Below are positions 1 through 9,877 of a stretch of 64,000 bases of DNA, piece after piece (within the stretch, counting starts at the first letter, position 1; each line of letters opens with the position of its first letter). The position numbers and the translations under genes were made by a program. Source of the stretch: a virus. The stretch covers positions 54,318-118,317 of IMG/VR virus record IMGVR_UViG_3300008261_000027; one strand, written 5' to 3'. The notes below the pieces were generated by a model. The model was given only the letters and a program-made list of their open reading frames with translations. It ran no database searches and was not told where the DNA came from.

Positions 1-1799
1 TTTAAATCATATGGGGGAAACCACATAACTCTACCACCATTCGCCCCTCTTTCACAGATTGGTAAATCCTCAACAGTGAAACCAGGCTTATTGGATGTTT
101 TCCAAGAAAGGTTTTCAATAGAAAACATATATTTTTTTGCTTTACCAGTTAATGGATCTGCGGTAATTTGTTCGATATTTGTTGAGTTTTTAAAATCTCT
201 ATCTCCATTAGAAATAGGGGCAATATTTAAATTCCAAGGTGTTGATATTACGCTATCCTTAACACCTCTTATCAATCCAGTTCTTTTCATTGTGTCAGAA
301 TAGTTCATATAAGCCCTATCCTTTGTCCAAACTCTACAATATTCTGTACCGTCTTCTTTTCCTGTTATCTTGTTTACATATTTTATTGCAGAACCTCTTG
401 AAATAAAACTATTACCTTCTTTAAAGATTCTACTAGTTTGGTCAATTACATTTCCAACATGAGATCTTGAAAGCGCACCATCCAATGGCATTGAGTTTAA
501 TAACTCTTGTGTTTTTGCTAAAATAGAATCTTGTCTAAATTCATTTCTAGTTGACACACTTTCTTCGAACTTAGATCTTTCAGATTCAAATTCTAAATTA
601 TGTTCTCCAAGTTTATTTCTTGAATTTTTACTATACCAAGTTAACTTCCCAGATATTTGTCCACCTTCTGAAATATTTTTTTGATTTGAAAATACATCAC
701 TTGCAACTGAATCAAATTTATAAGAAAGATAATATGGGCTTAATACCTTATTATCATTAAAGTCTTGTAAAATATTTAAAACATTTTCACCTCTATCATC
801 TCCAATATACGCATTACCTCTTGGTGCTTCTACACCAACTAAATTTTTTATTCCTTGAGCAATAGCATTTGGAAAATTAAACAATTTACTTGATTGTTGT
901 GATCTAGCAACTGTTGTATAATCTGGTTTATATGTTGAATATGATAAATTATCGTGTAGGATATCCTTTTGTCCGGACCCCATATATTCATACATGATGT
1001 CAGATGGTTTGCTAGATCTCTTTGGTCTTCTTTGTATACCAATTAAAGAACCTATTGCACCAGTAACATCTTGTAAAAATGCTCCAACAGCTGTTTTGGG
1101 TTCTGGTCTATAATTTATTGGATTAGCCGGATCGCTTAAATATTGTCCAGGAATTTCAGAAAATGGAAATTCTACTCCAGCAACAGTTTGAACAAAATCA
1201 ACAATCTTACCTGGAATAGATTTTGCAACAGTTACCTTATAGTTTTTTTCAACTAAATTTTCTTTACCTCTGATGATATTGATTGCTGTTGCAGTATTTC
1301 CATTAATAGCATCTAATACCCTTAGTCTACCTAATGTTGCTGTTTGTAAATTTTGTCTAATTCTAGATTGTACTGGGCCGTCTGGGCTATCTTTCAAATA
1401 TCTATTTGAAAACTGAGCTAATTTTGATTCAAATTCATAATTTTCTGAATTTAATGCCCCAATAAGACTTCTACCTAAAACATCCTGTATTTGAAAATAT
1501 GGGTATAATGCTAAATTACCAATTGCTGGTACTGTCTGAACATCTTCAATTATAACAAATTGTTTGTCGCTTTCTGGACCAAATCTATTGATTGCATATG
1601 TATCTTTTAGTAATGATGCTCTATCATATCTATCATTAACAACAACATCACCATTATTTTTATTGGCTAAATTGTTTAGATTTTGTACTGAATAGGAAGT
1701 TTTACTAAAGGTCTGAGGACCATTAGGTGCTTGTAGTGTTTTAGATATTAAAGCATCTCTAAAACTTTTTGTGCTATCAAAATTTAAATAATTTGGCAT
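1..1799 (-). CDS. Conserved tail/baseplate structural protein, partial (runs off left edge); possibly a tail-tube initiator
   Basis: Missing from the ORF track. ATG at 1799 (MPNYLNFDSTKSF...), open to base 1 (...GANGGRVMWFPPYDL). TATTTAT motif upstream; follows the tape measure gene. Confidence 0.7.
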   Translation of the reverse strand, partial: MPNYLNFDSTKSFRDALISKTLQAPNGPQTFSKTSYSVQNLNNLANKNNGDVVVNDRYDRASLLKDTYAINRFGPESDKQFVIIEDVQTVPAIGNLALYPYFQIQDVLGRSLIGALNSENYEFESKLAQFSNRYLKDSPDGPVQSRIRQNLQTATLGRLRVLDAINGNTATAINIIRGKENLVEKNYKVTVAKSIPGKIVDFVQTVAGVEFPFSEIPGQYLSDPANPINYRPEPKTAVGAFLQDVTGAIGSLIGIQRRPKRSSKPSDIMYEYMGSGQKDILHDNLSYSTYKPDYTTVARSQQSSKLFNFPNAIAQGIKNLVGVEAPRGNAYIGDDRGENVLNILQDFNDNKVLSPYYLSYKFDSVASDVFSNQKNISEGGQISGKLTWYSKNSRNKLGEHNLEFESERSKFEESVSTRNEFRQDSILAKTQELLNSMPLDGALSRSHVGNVIDQTSRIFKEGNSFISRGSAIKYVNKITGKEDGTEYCRVWTKDRAYMNYSDTMKRTGLIRGVKDSVISTPWNLNIAPISNGDRDFKNSTNIEQITADPLTGKAKKYMFSIENLSWKTSNKPGFTVEDLPICERGANGGRVMWFPPYDL

Positions 1800-1839
1800 C
1801 CTATTCTTTTACTTAATAAATAGATAAAATAAAAAAATA

Positions 1840-3789
1840 TTACGCAACAAACTCTTTCTTATTACCGAAAATGCTTTGTGCTAAATCTGATCTTAATCGT
1901 GGATTTTTATTTATTTCTGCAACAAATACCTCAGCCAATTCTGGGCTACTACTATTCAAATCAACTTTTACTGTTATACCCATCTCTCTTAAGAATTCTT
2001 TACCTTTATCTATTAGAGGTTCAGCAATTGGTTGTATTTCTCTTTTTAACCTCTCATACATTTCAGGTAAATTAATTTCATCTGGGGCATTTATAACCTT
2101 TTCTTTCGCATTTTGAAAAAACTCCAACATTTCTGGACTTATGTATTTTTCTATTTCTTTCTGAATTTGATCTGGGCTCATGTTAACTTGTTTTCCAATT
2201 TCATTCGTAAATGTGTTAAACATTTCAGCACCACTTTGAGTTGTTGGATTTAATTTCTCCATAATCTCAGAAGTTCTTTTTAGTCCATCATAGTAAGCTT
2301 GGCCAAGTGGGCCTTTCCTTTGCCCTTCCAATATTTGTAAATAAATTGCTGTAGCAACATTAAGTATTTTTGTTGTTTCATTGAATTGGTTTCTTGCGAT
2401 ATCTATTGGTTTTTCATTATCTGCGCTCTCTTGTAATTTTTGTAATAAAACTACTTGATCATCAGATAAATCACTTAAACTAACAAACCCATCTTGAATA
2501 TTTGTTAACCCCATTTTATCGGTTATATTTTTTGGAATATCAAAACCAACTTTACCGTCCTTAATTGTTGCAATATTTGAAACAAATTCCTTTTGGTCTT
2601 CAGTTAAACTAGGAAACATGTCAAGCTCACTCATTGCTTCAAATTTAGCAGCACCTTTAACCGCCATGTTTGTTAATTCTCCCATTGATATGCCAAGTGC
2701 TTCTGCCATTGCTTTTGCTCTTCTCAAGTTAGCACCAGTAACTTCAAATCTACCTTGTTCTGCGTTATATGTTGCTAAACTTCTAGCGGCCCCAATAATA
2801 CTTGTTTGTAAAGATTCAACGTTATTAGTTGCATCATACATTAGTTTAATGGGATCTGCTAAATCACCAACAGCACCTCCAACAACCTGTAAATTAGCTG
2901 ATAAATTAATAGCTTTATCGGGATCAAATAAATCATCAGCAACTCTAAAAATTTCATCCATATTGATTTTTAAAGATTGCGCTTCTTGAACCATTTTACC
3001 TAACCCTTTTATACCATTTTGGAAACCGTATTTGTTTAAATTACCTATTTGTTTTACTAATTCTTCTGAAGTGGCTTTTGCACTTAATCCTAGAGCTACA
3101 GATCTTGAACCTATTTCTGTTATAGATTTTGCTGCACCATCTAAACCAATACCAACATTTCTAAAATTTTCAACATTTTCTAATATTTTTCCTGAACTTG
3201 TTGTAAACGCTAAAGATGCAACCATGGCATCAGAAATGGTTTGTTGATTATAAATTGACATTCTTTCCGAAGCCTTCATCATAGATTCTGAAGCTTCAAG
3301 AGTTTCATTCGTAGCAACACCATATTGTTGTGCGTCATACATCGCAAGTCTAATCGACTCGCCCATTCCTGTAGCAATAGCCCCAACATATCCACCAGCG
3401 CCCCTAGTTCTTTCAATAAGTTCTTTGTCAATAGTTGCAACATCTTTCAATATTGCCTCAGTACCCCTTAATAAGCCATCAAATATTCCAGAAGCGATTT
3501 TAAGAGGGTTGAGACTTGCACTGTTTTTTATTGCATCTATTATTTTTGTACCAGTATCAGTACTAATTCTACCTATTTTACCAACTTGTTGGTCTATAAA
3601 TCCAGCTCCTAATGCCGCAGCAAGAGAACTTGATGAAGAAGACGAAGAAGATGAAGATGAGGACGTGGCGCTTCTACGAACTTCATTTAATGCTTGTTCA
3701 TATCTATTAGCCGCTTGAGTTGCATCGCCAGGCTCAACACCTAGCGTTCTGGTTAAATAGTCGTAAAATTGTGATTTAGAATCTGCCAT
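1840..3789 (-). CDS. Tail tape measure protein
   Basis: 649 aa, Ala/Gly/Leu-rich and predicted helical; canonical position after sheath, tube and chaperone. Confidence 0.7.
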   Translation of the reverse strand: MADSKSQFYDYLTRTLGVEPGDATQAANRYEQALNEVRRSATSSSSSSSSSSSSSLAAALGAGFIDQQVGKIGRISTDTGTKIIDAIKNSASLNPLKIASGIFDGLLRGTEAILKDVATIDKELIERTRGAGGYVGAIATGMGESIRLAMYDAQQYGVATNETLEASESMMKASERMSIYNQQTISDAMVASLAFTTSSGKILENVENFRNVGIGLDGAAKSITEIGSRSVALGLSAKATSEELVKQIGNLNKYGFQNGIKGLGKMVQEAQSLKINMDEIFRVADDLFDPDKAINLSANLQVVGGAVGDLADPIKLMYDATNNVESLQTSIIGAARSLATYNAEQGRFEVTGANLRRAKAMAEALGISMGELTNMAVKGAAKFEAMSELDMFPSLTEDQKEFVSNIATIKDGKVGFDIPKNITDKMGLTNIQDGFVSLSDLSDDQVVLLQKLQESADNEKPIDIARNQFNETTKILNVATAIYLQILEGQRKGPLGQAYYDGLKRTSEIMEKLNPTTQSGAEMFNTFTNEIGKQVNMSPDQIQKEIEKYISPEMLEFFQNAKEKVINAPDEINLPEMYERLKREIQPIAEPLIDKGKEFLREMGITVKVDLNSSSPELAEVFVAEINKNPRLRSDLAQSIFGNKKEFVA

Positions 3790-3820
3790 TATATAATAGT
3801 ATATCTAATAAATAGCTTTA

Positions 3821-3952
3821 TCAACTATTTTCTATTAAAGCAGTTATAATGTTATTTCTTTCGTGAATTGGTAATATTAAAATATCCCTATATGTAAACC
3901 CCTTACTTAAAAGAAAAAGTATCGCATCTATTTGATGCTTTTTATATACCAT
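3821..3952 (-). CDS. Small tail-assembly ORF (T4 gp51-like / GT-type extension), 43 aa
   Basis: MVYKKHQIDAILFLLSKGFTYRDILILPIHERNNIITALIENS*; lies in the +1 frame overlapping the end of the chaperone gene; not in the ORF track. Confidence 0.65.
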   Translation of the reverse strand: MVYKKHQIDAILFLLSKGFTYRDILILPIHERNNIITALIENS

Positions 3953-4682
3953 AGAAGGGACGAAAAAATTCCACCCCAAAGTCAACCATTACTGGGACTT
4001 TTTCTCCTGACGGGGCGATTACATCAACTATTAGGTCTAAACCTGGTTTATTTTGAGATACAAATTTTTTAAATTCTTGAGAATCTTTAATTGGTAAATT
4101 TTGAATAAACTGATATATCGCCATTTGGTCCCTCTGGCCATCAACAGACTTAATCATCATTTCAAGTCTTTTTGTGTTTATTGGTATAACAGCATTTGTT
4201 CCAGATTCTTTAATACTTTGTAATTCTTTTTCTTGTGTATTTGTTAAAAATTTAAATGTCACATTTTTTTTAGTAATAGGTAACAAAAAAGTATATTCAC
4301 CATTTGAGTCTTTTTCTAACTTGAAGTCTTTAACCTTCAATACAGATAAATCTAATTGGGCATCGAATTGTTTTTTAGTTACTGGATCTGTTAAGCTTAC
4401 AGTATATTCACTACCAAATGCTGTATTTCTTAAAAATATTAAAATAGCTTGCTTATCCTCTTCAACCAAATCATCTAAAGAAATTTCTTTATCTAAGATT
4501 TTTCTTCTTAATAGTTCTTCAATAACTGTTTCAGATTGAATCAAATTTGGAGACATTAAGATATTTTCATCAGCAGCGGTTAGGTACGCTACTCTTAATG
4601 ATTTTTTTCCATTTGAATAATGTATTCCCTGAGAAGGTAGCTGAACGACATCGTATGATATTGTTGGGTCAAAATTGTCCAT
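3942..4682 (-). CDS. Baseplate hub / tail assembly chaperone (T4 gp26-like)
   Basis: LPSQG..Y, YLTAADENIL and C-terminal GVEFFRP; sits between tube and tape measure genes. Confidence 0.7.
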   Translation of the reverse strand: MDNFDPTISYDVVQLPSQGIHYSNGKKSLRVAYLTAADENILMSPNLIQSETVIEELLRRKILDKEISLDDLVEEDKQAILIFLRNTAFGSEYTVSLTDPVTKKQFDAQLDLSVLKVKDFKLEKDSNGEYTFLLPITKKNVTFKFLTNTQEKELQSIKESGTNAVIPINTKRLEMMIKSVDGQRDQMAIYQFIQNLPIKDSQEFKKFVSQNKPGLDLIVDVIAPSGEKVPVMVDFGVEFFRPFYGI

Positions 4683-4740
4683 GTTGTATAATTTGTTTTA
4701 TAAAATATAAGTATAATTTATTTAAAAATCAATAAAACAT

Positions 4741-4757
4741 TGTTCCACGTGGAAACA
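4741..4757. promoter_or_regulatory. parS-like palindrome
   Basis: TGTTCCACGTGGAAACA versus the bacterial parS variant TGTTCCACGTGGAACA (one extra A; 14/16 ungapped); intergenic. Confidence 0.5.
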
Positions 4758-4785
4758 TGGTTATAACTAATTGAAAATCAATTAA

Positions 4786-4818
4786 ATAAAAAACCCACCT
4801 CTTAGAAAGAGATGGGTT
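4786..4818 (-). terminator. Intrinsic terminator after tail tube gene
   Basis: Minus strand AACCCATCTCTT-TCT-AAGAGGTGGGTT followed by a T run. Confidence 0.8.
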
Positions 4819-4842
4819 GGTAAAAAATATAAATTTAAAAAA

Positions 4843-5331
4843 TTAATAAACTTGAATACATCTATCCATTCTTAATGAAGCATCAATTGAAGCTAAAGCA
4901 TCTTCAGAATAGTTCAATTCACCAAAGTTTAAGCTACTTAAGAAACAACCTTCTAAAATCCACTTTTCAACCACAACTCCGGTTGGGTCTAACATTTCAA
5001 GTTCTACGTTTTTCTTATATCCAGCTGCATAACCCATTCTACCTGTTACAGATTCAGCATGTAAACGGAACCATTCCATCAATGCTTGCGAAGCAGATGG
5101 ACCAATTGGGTCTTTAAATGTAACTTTGATCTCTTCCCAAGTAAATCTACCAGCAACATAGGTTGACGTGTTTAAAAACGGAATTTCTGTTGCATTGATT
5201 TTAGCACTTGGTCTAGAGGTAGATGTTACATACCACTCATTGATACCCAAAGAAGACGGGAATCTAAGTATAAATCTATTTTTTCTTTTCGGTTCATATG
5301 GAACCGGCATTTTCATTAGTAAATCTGCCAT
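4843..5331 (-). CDS. gp19: Tail tube protein (T4 gp19-like)
   Basis: YEPKRKNRF, VAGRFTWEEI.VTF.D, WILEGCF; immediately downstream of the sheath. Confidence 0.92.
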   Translation of the reverse strand: MADLLMKMPVPYEPKRKNRFILRFPSSLGINEWYVTSTSRPSAKINATEIPFLNTSTYVAGRFTWEEIKVTFKDPIGPSASQALMEWFRLHAESVTGRMGYAAGYKKNVELEMLDPTGVVVEKWILEGCFLSSLNFGELNYSEDALASIDASLRMDRCIQVY

Positions 5332-5396
5332 TGTATTTGAATTATGTTTTTTCTTTTATTCTCTTTATAAATATTGTCAAATATTTTTTTTAATTA

Positions 5397-5428
5397 TTTG
5401 ACTTTGTCATTTTTTTTCCTTAGCTTTT
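5397..5428 (+). promoter_or_regulatory. Bacteroidota sigma70-type promoter candidate, antisense to the tail operon
   Basis: TTTG (5397-5400), 20-nt spacer, TAGCTTTT (one mismatch to TAnnTTTG). Confidence 0.4.
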
Positions 5429-5440
5429 TGCAAGTAGTAT

Positions 5441-5527
5441 ACTAGTTTACTAAAATACTAAATAACTAATCTACTAAAATACTAAATTTCTAATATACTA
5501 ATTAACTAAGTTCTAATATTCTAATTA
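5441..5527 (+). repeat. Degenerate 8-bp tandem array, 11 units, core WCTAA
   Basis: actagttt|actaaaat|actaaata|actaatct|actaaaat|actaaatt|tctaatat|actaatta|actaagt|tctaatat|tctaatta. Confidence 0.85.
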
Positions 5528-5541
5528 CAAATTTTTATTTT

Positions 5542-5570
5542 GGGTGAGCTGTTTCCAACTCACCCTTTTT
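5542..5570. terminator. Hairpin after the sheath gene; T-tract only on the + strand
   Basis: GGGTGAG...CTCACCC then TTTTT on +; on - it is a 10-bp stem with GAAA tetraloop followed by A's. Confidence 0.65.
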
Positions 5571-5571
5571 A

Positions 5572-8385
5572 TTAAATATTTTCAAAAGAAGCTCCAGTTG
5601 GAGTTATGATAAACTCAACATCAATGAATTCTAATGCTCTTGTTGGTTTAACATAAATCTTACCTCTCAATGTGTTAGCATCGATGTCTTCTGGATCATT
5701 AGATACCGTTACACGGAAATCAAACAAACCTCTTTCTTTCTTTATTGATTCAAGAATTGGATTAACCAATCTTAAGAATTCTTGTCTTACTTGTTCATCG
5801 TTTTGTTCAAACAATAATCTCACAGCAACAGCAGAAATTAACTTTCTTGCTCTCAATAGCAATCTTCTTACGTTGATTCTATCAAGTGCTGATTCTCTAA
5901 CTTGAAGTGTTTTATTACCCCAGATAATTGTACCTGTATCAGAGAATGTTGCAATTGGGTTAATTCTTGCTTTGTAAAGACTATCTCTTTCGTCCAAAGT
6001 AAGTTTCTTTTGTGCTTTGATAGCATTAACTAAACCTCTTGAATAACCTGCTGGAGCGAACCATGGATAAGAAACGTTATCTGTTAATGCGATATTTTTC
6101 AAAACCTCACCTGTTGGTGGTATGAAAAGTTGTGTTGCATTATCAGTATCTCTTACTTGAATCCAAGGCCAGTAAGTTGCTGAGTAGTTAGAATCAAACC
6201 CTAAATCTTCCAAACCTCCGATTGCCTCATCAGCTGTAGTGAAATTAGGAGAGTTGATCACATATAACGAGTCGGCTCTATCATTTTCAATAATATCAAC
6301 TGCTTGTGTTACCAAAGAACTGTTGTTGTACCAATCAATACCTGGTGTTGCAAATAAGTTAATATCAACTGCTTCTGGATTAGCAAATGTTTCAATACCT
6401 GCTAAGTAAGCATAGTAATCTGAATTACCCACCTGTGCATTAAACACACCTGCGTTTACACCGGCAGTGTATGTTGTTTTACCAAAAATATAAGAATCAC
6501 CATATGTTCTTGTATTTCTGTAAATATCCCAACCATCAAATCCGCCAAATACTGGCATTGTAAATTTACGGTTTGCAACTGTGTTCAATTTACCTTTATC
6601 AGTACCTTCTAAATTATATGCTGTTGTTTTATACAAATAGTTACCTGTTGATCCAGTAATTGTTGAAGCATTTGTCGATAAGTGGAATCCAAATGTCGCT
6701 TGTGATGCTCCAGTTCCTTTAAACTTCAACATATCTCTATCATATTCAAAATGATCACTTGTTGAAAAACCTAAAGTTACCTTTCTAACTTTATCACCGT
6801 TTGTTGTTACTGCAGCTCCGCTAGCAGCATAATATAATGTGTCTCCAGCATCATAGTATTTTGTTTTGAAGGTCACACCACCAATATTATTAGTTGTTGT
6901 AAATCCTTTAAAACCAGCAGGAACAGCGTCTGTTGGATGGTCTGAAGCCATAACCAACATAATATGTTTAGATCTTAATTCATATTCTCCATCAGATGTA
7001 CCAACTTTTCTAGCGATATATCCAGGTACATCTGGATTCATTGAACATCTAGTAAATTTCTCTAATACAACTTGATTTTCATCAGTATCATTGAAATCTC
7101 TAACAATAAGATCAAATTCACCAGTTTCCAAATCAATATTTTGAATTGTAACTTTAACATTGAAGTTAGATGCTTCGCCATCTGATATTGTTAAAATATT
7201 AAATAAATCAGAAACAATACCACCTCTAACTTCAGAAACAACTGTTGAAGAAGCCGCAGTATCCCATTGAGTTGTGAAATTATCATCATCGTCAACAACA
7301 ACTTCTGTGGTACTTAAACCTCTAATCAATCCTTGCTCAAATAAGTTTGCAACTAAATTAGGATATGCTTCATGAACATAAACTGGGAAAGCCAATTTAT
7401 CTTTATCAAAAACATCACTACCAATAACTTTTGTTACATATTTTGTTGAGCTTGAATCTAATGAACAATTAAACGTTTTCACATTAGAATCAATATCAGT
7501 TACTGATAATGTAAAATCTGATAGTGGGTTTACATCAATTGATGTACCTGTAATTTGTACAGCTGTACTTCCCGTAACTCTTTGTGTTAAAACCTCAGAA
7601 GCATAAGAGCCTCTTGATCTTAAAGCTAATACAACCTTATCGGCATAATCCTGATTTAAAGATGCACTATATTTGAATCTTGTTACTGTAAATTCTGTAG
7701 TACCGGTTGAATACACAAACAAATATGAGTACACACCATCAATTGTTGAATCAGTTGCGCCTGTTTTTGTAAAATATGTATTGTACCAGTTTTTATTATT
7801 GTTTGATCCGATTGGTGACGAAAGTTGTGTACCCGTTAATGAACTGGTTGAACTGGTTGGAACTTGTCCAATTGTAAACCAGTTATTGTGACTATAGGTT
7901 CTTCCAGATATAAATGATACAACAGAAGTACCTTCTGTAGATGTCTTTCCTGTTAAATCAGAATAGAAATCGCCATTAGCCATATCTGTAGGATCAATTG
8001 TTCCACCTGTTGATGTTGGTGTTGCATTTAAATTTACTGATACCCCACCTAATGTTTTGATTCCATATGTGTTACCGGCCATATAGCCAGTTAAACCAAG
8101 TACTCTTGTTACGAACAATTGATTTGATTCTTGCAAATATGATTTTGCAACATATGGTAATTCATATTTAGGGTTACCAGCACCGTCTTTTGTTGGTGAT
8201 GTACCTCCAAAATATGTTTTAAATTCGTCAAAGTTAGAAATTAGTATAGGTTCAAACGCTGGTCCTTTTAAAGTCTCGCCAACTAAACCAAGTGTCGTAA
8301 CTCCAACACTCTGTGCCACGAATGATAAATCTTTCTCTGATGTATATACACCCGGAGAAACGAAAATTCTGTTTGAATTTGCCAT
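5572..8385 (-). CDS. gp18: Tail sheath protein (T4 gp18-like)
   Basis: N-terminal FVSPGVYTSEKD; C-terminal PWFAPAG..RG, INPI, WGNKTL, RINVRRL, FEQND, KPTRALEFI. Confidence 0.97.
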   Translation of the reverse strand: MANSNRIFVSPGVYTSEKDLSFVAQSVGVTTLGLVGETLKGPAFEPILISNFDEFKTYFGGTSPTKDGAGNPKYELPYVAKSYLQESNQLFVTRVLGLTGYMAGNTYGIKTLGGVSVNLNATPTSTGGTIDPTDMANGDFYSDLTGKTSTEGTSVVSFISGRTYSHNNWFTIGQVPTSSTSSLTGTQLSSPIGSNNNKNWYNTYFTKTGATDSTIDGVYSYLFVYSTGTTEFTVTRFKYSASLNQDYADKVVLALRSRGSYASEVLTQRVTGSTAVQITGTSIDVNPLSDFTLSVTDIDSNVKTFNCSLDSSSTKYVTKVIGSDVFDKDKLAFPVYVHEAYPNLVANLFEQGLIRGLSTTEVVVDDDDNFTTQWDTAASSTVVSEVRGGIVSDLFNILTISDGEASNFNVKVTIQNIDLETGEFDLIVRDFNDTDENQVVLEKFTRCSMNPDVPGYIARKVGTSDGEYELRSKHIMLVMASDHPTDAVPAGFKGFTTTNNIGGVTFKTKYYDAGDTLYYAASGAAVTTNGDKVRKVTLGFSTSDHFEYDRDMLKFKGTGASQATFGFHLSTNASTITGSTGNYLYKTTAYNLEGTDKGKLNTVANRKFTMPVFGGFDGWDIYRNTRTYGDSYIFGKTTYTAGVNAGVFNAQVGNSDYYAYLAGIETFANPEAVDINLFATPGIDWYNNSSLVTQAVDIIENDRADSLYVINSPNFTTADEAIGGLEDLGFDSNYSATYWPWIQVRDTDNATQLFIPPTGEVLKNIALTDNVSYPWFAPAGYSRGLVNAIKAQKKLTLDERDSLYKARINPIATFSDTGTIIWGNKTLQVRESALDRINVRRLLLRARKLISAVAVRLLFEQNDEQVRQEFLRLVNPILESIKKERGLFDFRVTVSNDPEDIDANTLRGKIYVKPTRALEFIDVEFIITPTGASFENI

Positions 8386-8511
8386 TGATAAATGTTTGGT
8401 TAAAAATTTTTATTCTTATCAAATAAATATCTTTGTTTTTAGCAAAGATTTCCTCAATTTTTTGTATTTAGATAGTATTTTATCCTTTTTTATCTTTATT
8501 TATACTTTAGT

Positions 8512-8670
8512 ATGGAAAACAATAACAAAAACATAAAAATCAGTGAAAAACATCATGAAATGTTAAAAAAGCACTGTGAAAAAAACGGATTAAAAATCTA
8601 TAAATTTATTGAGAAGTTGATTGAAGCAAACTGCAAAATCAAAAAAACAGATTTATATGATGAAGATTAA
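8512..8670 (+). CDS. Small ribbon-helix-helix-like DNA-binding protein, 52 aa
   Basis: MENNNKNIKISEKHHEMLKKHCEKNGLKIYKFIEKLIE... shows the RHH beta-alpha-alpha pattern; divergent from the sheath; not in the ORF track. Confidence 0.65.
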   Translation: MENNNKNIKISEKHHEMLKKHCEKNGLKIYKFIEKLIEANCKIKKTDLYDED

Positions 8671-9877
8671 TATAGGTAAGTCACACCTATTTTAGAGTTT
8701 AATGCTGGTGCTGAAGATAATGTAATTTCCGCTTGACCAGAAACGTTAAACCCAACACCCTCTTCCTCAACAAGACCATTGATATCTAACGAAACAACAC
8801 TATCAATTGCGTTCATCGTTGTAAAAGCAAGAGTTGTCCCATTATAAACAAAGTTTTCTGTTGTAACTTGAACCGGTTTTCCGTAGTTATCTATAAAGAC
8901 GCTATTTCTTCCCTTATAATAAGTTATAGTAATTATATCCCCCTCAAGTGGTGGTGTTGGGAATGTTATTTTTGATGTACCAGCAATATGGAAAAAGTCA
9001 ATATCTCTCTCTTGCAACAAACCATTTATAGAAACATTAAACAAAATACCAATACTTTCACCAACACTAAACTGTGTCTGCATACCATCGGCAGTAAATG
9101 TTGCTACCGTTATATCAATTGTTTTATTAATATATTTTTTTTGATAATTTGTTCCTTTAGCAAACTCATTTAATAGGAAAAATCTACTAACAGCGGGTTT
9201 TACCTCAAATTCTTCCTGATCAATTAAAAATCCTAACATAGTAAACGAATAGTTTTGAGAATAAAATCTACGTCCATCCAATTGATCTATTGGAGAATTA
9301 TCTTCAACCTTATCCATAATAATTGGTACATAATGCCCCTTTACTATTGTGTACGCCTGTCTTGATGCAAATTTCTGAAGTACAATTTTATTAAATCTAT
9401 TTAATTCTCTAAGTTTAGTACAAACTATCGTCACGTCAAATGTAATGTCAACTGGTACAGGTTGTGGTATTTTATATATATCCGCCCCCATTTGTGTTCC
9501 GTTCCATGTTGCGACAGAAGCATAATGAAACTGTAATCTTTCGGGAATAGTTCTAATAATTGATGGATTTGTACCTGGTTGAACATCCGGTCTCCTAATC
9601 ACACCAACAAATGGAACCTGTAAATTACCATCAGAATCTGAAAATTCCCAAGTATTCATTATCTGAGCCCATCTTTGTATTGTCAATATTTTTGGTATTA
9701 TTGGTATTTTATTACCATCAGATACCACAACAAAATTTTTCTTAAATCATCATGCAAAACAGAATCGGGAAGATAGGTATCTGATTTTGTTATTTTTTCT
9801 AACAATTCCTGTCTTCTTTCAGTTAACTGTTTTCCTTTATAGATCTCTATATTGGTTTTTCTTTTAGGTATTGACAT
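8667..9877 (-). CDS. Tail completion/terminator protein (T4 gp15-like) with apparent frameshift near 9745
   Basis: ATG at 9877 overlaps the upstream stop (TAATG) and opens a 59-aa frame (9698-9877); the main 353-aa frame (PQPVPVDITF, F.ADG.QT.F repeats) opens only at about 9746. Confidence 0.6.

Noticed and set aside
3626-3666. Poly-Ser tract in the tape measure as a contingency microsatellite
   Set aside because: Encoded by mixed TCN codons, not a pure repeat.
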